Positions 1 through 7,792 of a stretch of 64,000 bases of DNA are shown in pieces. The notes beneath the pieces were generated by a model, which was not told the origin of the DNA, did no database searches, and was given only the letters and a program-made list of their open reading frames with translations. A program made the position numbers and the translations under genes. Position 1 is the stretch's first letter. Each line of letters opens with the position of its first letter. This DNA comes from a virus. The stretch lies in IMG/VR virus record IMGVR_UViG_3300047319_000798, positions 1-64,000 of that record. One strand, 5' to 3'.

Positions 1-213
1 TTGACGGTTGTGGCGGCGGTTATGGGCCGTGCGCTCTATTACGCGATGCCTGATGAACTGGTCAATGAGGCGATTGACCGGGCGGCAGCCATGGCTAAGG
101 AACTGGTCAAGGTTAACGCGGGTACGCTGGATGACAAGGACAAGGCAGTAGCCAGCGCGGATTTTGCTGACCTGGTTGAAATGATCCGGTCTATTGGAGC
201 AACGAAACACTAA
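1..213 (+). CDS. hypothetical protein, 5'-truncated by window edge
   Basis: Open from base 1; TAA overlaps next ATG (TAATG). Confidence 0.6.
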   Translation: MTVVAAVMGRALYYAMPDELVNEAIDRAAAMAKELVKVNAGTLDDKDKAVASADFADLVEMIRSIGATKH

Positions 214-734
214 TGGTATGGCCTTTGGAAAGTGTTTGGCAGCAGCACCCGGATGCTGGAGAGTATCTACAGGAGCTGGTCAAGCAGGGTCTGAGCGCCG
301 GGGAGGCGACGGATAAGCTGACCGCGCGGTTCATGGTGACGTTTACCCGCAGCCAGGTCATGGGCAAGCTCAAGCGCATGCGGCTATCGTTGCGCCGGGC
401 AGAGATCAGGGCCGAAAAGCCGCCTGAGCCGCCCCCTCCGCCTAAGCTGCCGCCGCCGCGTAAGGTGTCGAGTTTCAATAGTGTGATCCGGCGCGAGTTT
501 CAGCAGCCCAGTTTCCCACCAATCCCAGCGCCGCTAAGCACGCACCCGGGCTATCGGTTCGCGGATGTACCGCGCAATGGGTGTATGTTTGAAATATCCC
601 CCAATGATACTCTAGCCAGGGATTTTCGCTTTTGTGGGATGCCTCGTTTTGACACTGAGCCTTACTGTGAGCAGCACTTTGAGTTAACACTAGCGCCAGC
701 GAATTATAGGCTTAAGCTTAAGGCGCACCGATGA
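213..734 (+). CDS. gcrA: GcrA-family cell-cycle regulator homologue
   Basis: N-terminal GLSAGE...TRSQVMGKLKRM HTH-like segment, Pro-rich linker, C-terminal C-x-F...FRFCG...PYCEQH typical of GcrA. Confidence 0.85.
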   Translation: MVWPLESVWQQHPDAGEYLQELVKQGLSAGEATDKLTARFMVTFTRSQVMGKLKRMRLSLRRAEIRAEKPPEPPPPPKLPPPRKVSSFNSVIRREFQQPSFPPIPAPLSTHPGYRFADVPRNGCMFEISPNDTLARDFRFCGMPRFDTEPYCEQHFELTLAPANYRLKLKAHR

Positions 735-1030
735 AACCGTGGTGGGCGGAGACAGCTCAGATGCCAAGACCCGTTTGTGTGTTATGTAATCGTTTCTTTA
801 AGACAGCATCGACCGGGCGCTATGTGCTAGAGCAGGTGCCCGGTGGGCCTAATGCCTGGGTGCCTTATAAGCTTTGGAGCGCGGATGTCTTGCGTTGTAG
901 TGGCTGCGGTAAGCAGATTGTTACTGGTTTTGGGCGCGAACCAATAGCAGAGCATTTTGATCCAGACTTTCAGAATACATTAGCTCGGATTAAAGCATCA
1001 TCAGAAGTAATTATCGTAAACGATTGTTAA
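731..1030 (+). CDS. zinc-ribbon hypothetical protein
   Basis: CVLC and CSGC pairs; ATGA overlap with gcrA (ATG at 761 is an alternative start). Confidence 0.65.
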   Translation: MKPWWAETAQMPRPVCVLCNRFFKTASTGRYVLEQVPGGPNAWVPYKLWSADVLRCSGCGKQIVTGFGREPIAEHFDPDFQNTLARIKASSEVIIVNDC

Positions 1031-1039
1031 AATAACCCC

Positions 1040-1096
1040 TTGACTATTTGTAACTGAGCGTCTATGTAGGGAAAGAACGCAGCCGAATTGGCGGCT
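1040..1096 (+). promoter_or_regulatory. sigma70-type promoter plus AATTGG-loop hairpin
   Basis: TTGACT(1040)-N17-TATGTA(1063); AGCCG-AATTGG-CGGCT at 1081-1096. Confidence 0.8.
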
Positions 1097-1121
1097 TGCG
1101 CCTTTTCTAAAGGCGGTCTAA

Positions 1122-1796
1122 ATGAGATACAGGTACATCGTTCACGCCAGTGATCTGGACGGCGCCAAGCTGTTGATTGATCGCGGATATGAGGTGGCGA
1201 TATCTATGCTACCTGATGAGGAGCTAGAGCCAGAGCCTGAGTCTGAACTCAAGCCAGAGCCTACATATGCGCCCTCGTTCTTACCTGATCCCCCTAAGCC
1301 CAGGATCAAGCGCGATCTTCCTGCCCTAGAAAAGATGATGAACTGGGGCACGATCAAAGCGGCGCTTAGCGTTCTTCAGGATGGTAAGCCCCATCGGGCT
1401 AGTGAGCTGGGGCAGGAGTTTGAAATCCCAGGCCAGCCGGGAACTTACTTTGCGCCCGGTTCCGTTGCTTCAGCCGCTGGGAAATTGGCTGCCGTTGGAG
1501 GAATTATCAGACCTAAAGCGGGGTATTGGCAGTTGGCCAACGGGGTATCGGCCTTTGAGTCTGTACCCCCGCGCGTTCGCCATACTCGCGTTGTGTTACC
1601 AGATGGGTTAACCTCTCCTGGCGTGATTATGGCGTTTGTGAAGAGCATGTCTGGCGATGTTTCGCGCAGGAATATTGTGAAGCACTGTGAGGGCATGGGG
1701 CTCAAGTTTGTGACTGTAAAGCGCGCCCTTAGCTCGCTAGTGTCAACCCGCAAACTGGAGAGGATGCCTGATGGAACATTTCGGTTGGTACAGTAA
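1122..1796 (+). CDS. hypothetical protein with probable winged-HTH domains
   Basis: 224 aa directly after promoter; two wHTH-like ends (GGIIRPKAGYWQL; RKLERMPDGTFRL). Confidence 0.6.
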   Translation: MRYRYIVHASDLDGAKLLIDRGYEVAISMLPDEELEPEPESELKPEPTYAPSFLPDPPKPRIKRDLPALEKMMNWGTIKAALSVLQDGKPHRASELGQEFEIPGQPGTYFAPGSVASAAGKLAAVGGIIRPKAGYWQLANGVSAFESVPPRVRHTRVVLPDGLTSPGVIMAFVKSMSGDVSRRNIVKHCEGMGLKFVTVKRALSSLVSTRKLERMPDGTFRLVQ

Positions 1797-1812
1797 CTGG
1801 AAAGGAGGAAGA

Positions 1813-2505
1813 ATGAAAGCCACAGGACAACACGCTAAGCTGTTGGTTGAGTCAGCAGCGGCGCAGTATGGTATTCGCAGCCAAGTTGACGGCCATGGTA
1901 AATCCCACTGGATTGTTAAGTGTACTGAGTGCGGTACAGAAAAGAGCGTTTTTAACGCCTCAGTAAACGACTCCAATTGGTTGGTCAACCACTTCACCAA
2001 ACACGGCTGGGTCTTCGACCGTAAGGTGGCGCAGTACTGCTCCACTACGCATGCCCGTGAAGCCAAAGAACGTCAACGCCAACTTAGAAAGGAGGAAGAG
2101 ATGAAACACGAACCAACCCCGCCACCAGCACCAGTTCAAGGAGTAGAGTCAGTGAGTGTAGTACCCCCAATTGGGCCGGACCCCAAGATCGTGCGCCAGG
2201 TAATCACCTTGCTCAACGATCACTTCAATAGCACCAAGCGGCTCTATGAGCCGGGATGGGATGACGCCCGGGTGGCTAAGGAGTCACAAGCTTCGCTGGA
2301 GTTCGTTACCAAGTATCGGCGCGAGGGCTATGGTGAACTGGCGGAAGACCCGCAGATTGCTCAGTTTCGCGCTGATCTCAAGGCTATGGGTGAACTTTAC
2401 CATCAGTCACTAAAGAGCCTAGAACAGTCTTTTGCCCAACAGCTGGGCGAGATGAACTCGCGGCTAGAGCGGTTAATGTCGTTGCGACCCAAGGCAGGAG
2501 GGTGA
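1813..2505 (+). CDS. hypothetical protein (Cys motifs, C-terminal coiled coil)
   Basis: AGGAGG SD before ATG 1813; CTEC motif. Confidence 0.7.
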   Translation: MKATGQHAKLLVESAAAQYGIRSQVDGHGKSHWIVKCTECGTEKSVFNASVNDSNWLVNHFTKHGWVFDRKVAQYCSTTHAREAKERQRQLRKEEEMKHEPTPPPAPVQGVESVSVVPPIGPDPKIVRQVITLLNDHFNSTKRLYEPGWDDARVAKESQASLEFVTKYRREGYGELAEDPQIAQFRADLKAMGELYHQSLKSLEQSFAQQLGEMNSRLERLMSLRPKAGG

Positions 2506-2732
2506 AATGTCCGACGAGCGGCAAGGTGCGGCATACCAGCCGCAGAACTGCCGCGAAGCATATTCAGAGCCTACAGGGCGCGGGGAAGACGGCCCCGCGC
2601 GTTTACGCCTATCGCTGTCGGTATTGCGGCGGCTGGCATATCGGGTATCGTCATCTCACCGATGGCGACCGGATTAGTGAGCTGTTGCGTCGTGCAACAG
2701 AGCGCGCAAACAGGAGGAAAAGTGATGACTGA
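2502..2732 (+). CDS. small zinc-finger-like protein
   Basis: C..SGK...YRCRYCGGWHIG; GTGA overlap and GGAGG SD. Confidence 0.7.
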   Translation: MKCPTSGKVRHTSRRTAAKHIQSLQGAGKTAPRVYAYRCRYCGGWHIGYRHLTDGDRISELLRRATERANRRKSDD

Positions 2733-2937
2733 TCCCAATGTAATCTTGGAGTGCATTCACGCCGATATAAGCGAAACGCTCCATGAGGAGATATCCAAGC
2801 TAGTGGTCGAAGAGGCGGAGAAGGTGTTCAAGGAGTACGAGAGTGAGGTCAGGGCTTTGATTCACGACATCATCCATCTTGTGATGGATGATTTGAGAGG
2901 GGAGCCCAAGCCCGAGATTGATGTTGCCGCTGAGTAG
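2725..2937 (+). CDS. small acidic hypothetical protein
   Basis: AGGAGG SD before ATG 2725. Confidence 0.6.
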   Translation: MTDPNVILECIHADISETLHEEISKLVVEEAEKVFKEYESEVRALIHDIIHLVMDDLRGEPKPEIDVAAE

Positions 2938-2967
2938 AATTATCTTGGGGTGACTGTAACTTGGGGG

Positions 2968-3026
2968 TTGACTTGTATTGGGTCAGCCCCCTATGTTACT
3001 CCTACCGGCCCAATCGGGGACCGGTT
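2968..3026 (+). promoter_or_regulatory. sigma70-type promoter plus AATCGG-loop hairpin
   Basis: TTGACT(2968)-N18-TATGTT(2992); ACCGGCCC-AATCGG-GGACCGGT, loop 3012-3017. Confidence 0.75.
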
Positions 3027-3038
3027 TGGAGAACAGTC

Positions 3039-4106
3039 ATGAAAAAGGGTAAGTCACTTGTTGACCTGGCGGCTGAGATTGAGCGCCAGCATCGAGTCAA
3101 GCGGGACTTTCAAGTCCCCACACAGCTTATGGAGTTGGACCCAGAATTGCAGCTGGTGTTCGGTGAGCATCACTTTCCGGTTCAAGACCTGGCTCACAGC
3201 CAGATTGCGGAGCGGCTCAAAATTCCGGGTGCGTATTACCGGCGGATGCGCACCGACAATCCGGAGCTGCTGCGCTCCAACGTGAACACGTGGTGGAAGG
3301 AGGAACCCGCCAAGTGCATTGTGCGCACGCTCGACGGCGGCGCGCGGGCCTATCTCTCCGACAGCTATCGGCGGTTCGACAATGTCGATCTGGCTGAAGT
3401 GGTTCTGCCGGTCTTGACCGAGCTCAACCTCAACATCATATCGGCGGAGATCACTGAGCGTCGCCTTTACATCAAGGCGGTGGATCAGAACATTGAGGCG
3501 AAAGTGCCCACGGGTAAGGCGCTGGGCGACGGCACCCACGAGTTCTTCGATTGTCTTTCGCCCGCGCTGCAGATCAGCAACAGCGAAGTGGGCCTGGGCG
3601 CGCTATCGATTGAAATTGGCACACTGACTAAGATGTGTACCAACCTGGCCTGGATGTCGGGCAAGGGTATGCGCAAGTGGCACATCGGCAAATCGGACGC
3701 CGGTGAGGACATCGAGCGGCTGCTCACCGACGAAACGCGCAAGGCCAGCGACAAGGCGGTCTATATGACCATGGTCGATGTGGTCAGGAACGCCTTCAAT
3801 GAGGAACGGTTCGGCGCTATGGCCGCTGAGATCGCGGGCAGCTCCAAGCGCAAAATCGAAGCGGACCCGGCGGCGGTTATTGAGCTGGTGGCTGAGCGGT
3901 TCTCCATGAACAAGGACAGCCGCGCCTCTGTGTTGCGCCATCTGATCGAGGGCGGCTCACTGACCCAGTATGGTCTGGCCAACGCGATCACGCGGACGGC
4001 GGAGGATGAAGCCTCCTACGATACCGCCACTGACTACGAGAAGGCCGGTGGAACGATCATGATGCTGTCGGAGGACGACTGGAAGGAATACGCCAAAGCG
4101 GCGTAA
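3039..4106 (+). CDS. DUF932-like protein
   Basis: RAYLSDSYRRFDN, ISNSEVGLG, CTN and H motifs; GGAGA SD before ATG 3039 (ORF-track start 2961 lies in the promoter). Confidence 0.75.
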   Translation: MKKGKSLVDLAAEIERQHRVKRDFQVPTQLMELDPELQLVFGEHHFPVQDLAHSQIAERLKIPGAYYRRMRTDNPELLRSNVNTWWKEEPAKCIVRTLDGGARAYLSDSYRRFDNVDLAEVVLPVLTELNLNIISAEITERRLYIKAVDQNIEAKVPTGKALGDGTHEFFDCLSPALQISNSEVGLGALSIEIGTLTKMCTNLAWMSGKGMRKWHIGKSDAGEDIERLLTDETRKASDKAVYMTMVDVVRNAFNEERFGAMAAEIAGSSKRKIEADPAAVIELVAERFSMNKDSRASVLRHLIEGGSLTQYGLANAITRTAEDEASYDTATDYEKAGGTIMMLSEDDWKEYAKAA

Positions 4107-4135
4107 GCCACCCTCCACTACTGAGGCCAAACAAG

Positions 4136-4172
4136 GGGCCAGAGCGATGAAACGCTCTGGCCCTTTACTTTT
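4136..4172 (+). terminator. intrinsic terminator
   Basis: GGGCCAGAGCG-ATGAAA-CGCTCTGGCCC then TTTACTTTT. Confidence 0.8.
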
Positions 4173-4254
4173 GGCTATGTTACGCTATATTTCAATAGAC
4201 CCTGGTACACCGTGGCCCCTGTACCGTACTGGGTTGAAACAGGAGTATGATAAA

Positions 4255-4542
4255 GTGAAAACCAACACCAAGCTAAAGGGGGCACCTAAAGCTGAGATCA
4301 AGCGTCGTGGCCCTGCTACACTCGATTCAGAGGAAGCACGGAGGCGCATCAACATCCGCTGGGACCGCCCGGGCGCGCGTGAAGCGCAGTCGGTGGCTGT
4401 GCGTGCGCGCCTAGCCGCGAAGGCGAAGGAAGAGGCCAAGGCTGAGCGCGCGGCTAAGCGCGCCGCTAAGGTTGAAGCCGCTAAAGCTGAAGCCGCTAAG
4501 GCTGAGCGCGCTGCCAAGCGAGCGGCGCGTAAGGCTGCCTAG
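4255..4542 (+). CDS. small basic Ala/Lys/Arg-rich protein (histone-like tail)
   Basis: AGGAG SD at 4241, GTG 4255; repeated AKAERAAKRAA. Confidence 0.65.
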   Translation: MKTNTKLKGAPKAEIKRRGPATLDSEEARRRINIRWDRPGAREAQSVAVRARLAAKAKEEAKAERAAKRAAKVEAAKAEAAKAERAAKRAARKAA

Positions 4543-4701
4543 AAGCAGCCGCCTGTAGGGCTGTACAGCCCTGATACAGAAAGTCAGCGGAGGGGGTTCC
4601 CTCGCTGATCTCCCGCGCTGTCGGAAGGGAGGCTGGCAGCGCGGGAACCTTGCCGCCATCACACAATCACGCTATACCCCCAGGCTTGGGAGGCAACCGG
4701 T

Positions 4702-5154
4702 GTGCGTGATGGCGGTTTAAGGGCTGAGTTCCGCAAACGGTTTCCAGGGTGGCAGTGGACATCCATCGAGACGTTCACGGTCCCCGGTGTTCCAGATTCA
4801 GAGTTCATCACCCCTGACGGGGTTCAAGGCTGGATAGAGTTCAAGCGGGTCACTGAGTGGAAGGTGACGTTTGAGCCGTTTCAACCCGCGTGGATAGACC
4901 GGCGTGCACGCTATGGCGGGCGGGTCTGGGTGGCTGTGCGCCGTAAGCCCAGTGCCAAGAAGTTTGCGGGCGAGGATCAGCTCTGGATGATCCCGGGCCG
5001 ACATGTCTTGCAGCTGTCTCATGAAGGCTTGCGACCATTCGGCTTCGCATACCAGACTGAGACGCAAGGCCCCGCTAGCTGGGATTGGGAATGGGTGGAA
5101 GGGCTGCTCAGGTCATCGCCATCGACTAGACTGGACTTGGCGAGGGCAAGCTGA
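4702..5154 (+). CDS. PD-(D/E)xK nuclease (VRR-NUC/Holliday junction resolvase-like)
   Basis: GVPD...WIEFK...Q..W...R...GG motif pattern. Confidence 0.75.
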   Translation: MRDGGLRAEFRKRFPGWQWTSIETFTVPGVPDSEFITPDGVQGWIEFKRVTEWKVTFEPFQPAWIDRRARYGGRVWVAVRRKPSAKKFAGEDQLWMIPGRHVLQLSHEGLRPFGFAYQTETQGPASWDWEWVEGLLRSSPSTRLDLARAS

Positions 5155-5660
5155 TGGCGTGGTTACTTGCGCGGACGCTAGCCCAACAAGAGTACCAGAT
5201 ACGTGATCGGCTGATCAGCAGTTCATTGGGTGCCTATGTACCATCGCGCCGTCTTTTGGTCTATCCGCGCCATACTCGAAAACCCCGCGCCGTTCGTTAT
5301 CCATTGTTTTCTAGGTACTTATTTATTTGGATTGATGATGTTTGGGCCGATTATTCAATAATGTGCTCTGTGTCAAGGAATATATGGACTGTCCGAAATC
5401 AAGAAAATGAGTTTGTCTACGTAAGTGATAAGGATATTGACCGATTGGCAGCACGCGAAGCGGGCGGGGAGTTTGATCAGAGGCATGAGGGCGACGACAT
5501 TAGATTTATGGTTGGCGATTGCGTACTGGTTAAGAGCGGGCCTTTTGCTGATCTGCGCGGCGTGGTTCAACAGTTTATTCATCCAAAGCGTAAGTGTCGA
5601 GTGGACCTACCTAATTGCTCATTGGAAGTGGGGATTGACCTTCTGGAGCTGGCCAGCTAA
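5154..5660 (+). CDS. NusG/RfaH-family transcription antitermination factor
   Basis: NGN domain (W....T...QE...PLFSRYLF) and KOW domain (FMVGDCVLVKSGPFADLRGVV). Confidence 0.88.
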   Translation: MAWLLARTLAQQEYQIRDRLISSSLGAYVPSRRLLVYPRHTRKPRAVRYPLFSRYLFIWIDDVWADYSIMCSVSRNIWTVRNQENEFVYVSDKDIDRLAAREAGGEFDQRHEGDDIRFMVGDCVLVKSGPFADLRGVVQQFIHPKRKCRVDLPNCSLEVGIDLLELAS

Positions 5661-5663
5661 CTT
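5635..5663 (+). promoter_or_regulatory. candidate late promoter overlapping the NusG stop codon
   Basis: TTGACC(5635)-N17-TAACTT(5658), followed by a structured leader before terminase. Confidence 0.55.
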
Positions 5664-5790
5664 CGCCGTTGGGTAAGAGCCGAGGTGCGGATTCGTTCCG
5701 GCACCCGTTGCCTGGCGGAGCCTGGAAATGATTATCCAGGACGGTGGGCTATTGCGTCAATACTGTCGCGCCCGAACCACTGGGTCGATT

Positions 5791-6153
5791 ATGGCCGACG
5801 GCGACAGTGGTCCTCCACTGGTCATCGATCTCCGGCTGAAGCCGGATGCATCACCCCTAGACTTTCTCACGGCCATGTATCGCCATCCCGGCGTTCCGTT
5901 AGGGATGCGTTTGACAGCGGCGCAGAACGCGGCGCAGTATGTTCACCCAAGGCTTGTAGCTATCGCGGCGGTTAGCCCGGGCGGCGAGCGGTTTGAGATC
6001 AAGGGCGGCTTACCCGCGCTACCCGGCGCGCCAACCATAATGCCGGGCAGAGAGGGTCCGATCATTGATGCTAAAGCAACAGTGATTGAACCAACACCAA
6101 TGAAGAAGCCGATCAAGCCAAAGACCCCGGCGGATGAGCCGGTTGATCCGTGA
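5791..6153 (+). CDS. putative terminase small subunit
   Basis: Immediately upstream of TerL; SPLDFL..MY....R..AA..AAQYVHPRL motif. Confidence 0.65.
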   Translation: MADGDSGPPLVIDLRLKPDASPLDFLTAMYRHPGVPLGMRLTAAQNAAQYVHPRLVAIAAVSPGGERFEIKGGLPALPGAPTIMPGREGPIIDAKATVIEPTPMKKPIKPKTPADEPVDP

Positions 6154-7493
6154 CGGTAATCCAGTTTCCAAGGGACAAGGGTAGAGGGCCACCCCCACCG
6201 GAGGGGCCGGATTATACCCGCACTCAGACCATCGAAATTCCCACCTTCCACGAGGATCAGGTCAGGGCTTTCTTTCAGCCCGGGCGCTTTCGCGCGGGCC
6301 GCTGCGGACGACGCTGGGGCAAGACCACGTTTGACGAAGCCATTGCTGCCGATTACGTGGTCAAGGGCGCGAGTGTCGGCTGGTTCGCCCCCAACTACAA
6401 GTACCTCACGGAGCCTATGCGCGACCTTGAGGAAATACTTGCCCCAATCACCATCGACTCAAACAAGTCGATAGGTTACATACACGCCCGCACCAAGGGC
6501 AAGATTGACTTCTGGACGATGGAGGATAGCCGCGCCGGTCGCGGACGTCACTACCATCTAGTGGTAATCGATGAGGCGGCATTCGCGAAGGGGAATGCCA
6601 TGGAAGTTTGGGAGCGGTCTATCCGCCCCACCCTGGTCGATCATCGCGGCGCGGCCCTGGTTACGTCGAACACGAATGGCGTGGACCCCAGTCAGTTCTT
6701 CTGGCGTATATGTAATGAGCCTAAATTCCAGTTCACAGAGTTCCACGCCCCTAGCCGCAACAACCCATTCCTGCCCCCGGAGGAACTGGAGGAGCTTCAA
6801 GCTAAAAGCCACCCTCTAGTCTGGCTACAGGAATATGAGGCAGAGTTTGTCGATTGGCGCGGCGTTGCGTTCTTCAGCCTCGACAAGATGCTGGTCAATG
6901 GCGAGCCGGTCGATTGGCCAAAAATCTGCGACAGCGTCTTTGCCACTGTAGACACCGCGATTAAGTCCGGTAGCGAACACGATGGTACAGCGATCATCTA
7001 CTGGGCGCTGATGAACGTGCCCGAGCCGCAGCTAATCATTCTCGACTGGGATATCGTTCAGATTGACGGCGCGTTCTTAGTTGAGTGGCTGCCCCAAGCG
7101 TTCCGTAAGCTAGAGCAATACACCCATCTGTTTCGCGTGCGCTTCGGCTATGGGTCCATCTTCATAGAGGATAAAGGCTCAGGCACCATTCTCTTACAGG
7201 CCGGAGAAGCACGAGGATGGCCCGTCGTGCCAATCGACGGCGAGATGGTGGCTAAGGGCAAGGACGAGCGGGCGATGGCGGTCTCAGGCTTCCATTACAA
7301 CGGGTGGTGTAAGGTATCGCGCACAGCCTACGACAAGACCATGTTGTTCAAGGAACAAGAGCTGAATCACCTAATCACCCAGATCACTACCTTTCGGGTT
7401 GGTGACAAGGAAGGGTACAAGCGGGCCGATGATCTCTTGGACACTTACTGCTATGGGCTATCGATTGGGCTAGGCGGAAATCAGGGCTTCTGA
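6150..7493 (+). CDS. terL: terminase large subunit
   Basis: Walker A CGRRWGKT, Walker B LVVIDEAA, nuclease domain VDTA..D and DDLLD. Confidence 0.93.
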   Translation: MTVIQFPRDKGRGPPPPEGPDYTRTQTIEIPTFHEDQVRAFFQPGRFRAGRCGRRWGKTTFDEAIAADYVVKGASVGWFAPNYKYLTEPMRDLEEILAPITIDSNKSIGYIHARTKGKIDFWTMEDSRAGRGRHYHLVVIDEAAFAKGNAMEVWERSIRPTLVDHRGAALVTSNTNGVDPSQFFWRICNEPKFQFTEFHAPSRNNPFLPPEELEELQAKSHPLVWLQEYEAEFVDWRGVAFFSLDKMLVNGEPVDWPKICDSVFATVDTAIKSGSEHDGTAIIYWALMNVPEPQLIILDWDIVQIDGAFLVEWLPQAFRKLEQYTHLFRVRFGYGSIFIEDKGSGTILLQAGEARGWPVVPIDGEMVAKGKDERAMAVSGFHYNGWCKVSRTAYDKTMLFKEQELNHLITQITTFRVGDKEGYKRADDLLDTYCYGLSIGLGGNQGF

Positions 7494-7792
7494 TGACGAT
7501 CAACAAAAGGGCAATCGAATTTCATCGCCTTGCGGCGGCGGCGCTTTACGCTGCTGGGGATGCGCATGCCGCAGTGATTGATGCGAAGGATATCAAACAG
7601 GCTAGAGCGCTGGCAATTACAGCCCATCAATTGGGGTTGGAGGCAGCGCTGAAATCTGATACAGCCGCTGCGGCTACAGCAGGTGCGCCAGCCGCCAAGG
7701 AATGGGTCAATCCGCCGCTGCCCCAGCGAGCGCCCGACCCACCGCCAAAGAAGCAAGAGCCGGTAGAGGGGCCGGATAACCCGCGTGCCTGA
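7493..7792 (+). CDS. Ala/Pro-rich hypothetical protein
   Basis: Translationally coupled on both sides. Confidence 0.55.
   Translation: MTINKRAIEFHRLAAAALYAAGDAHAAVIDAKDIKQARALAITAHQLGLEAALKSDTAAAATAGAPAAKEWVNPPLPQRAPDPPPKKQEPVEGPDNPRA

Noticed and set aside
4147-4254. ORF-track N-terminal extension of the basic protein
   Set aside because: The ATG lies in a terminator loop; the SD supports GTG 4255.
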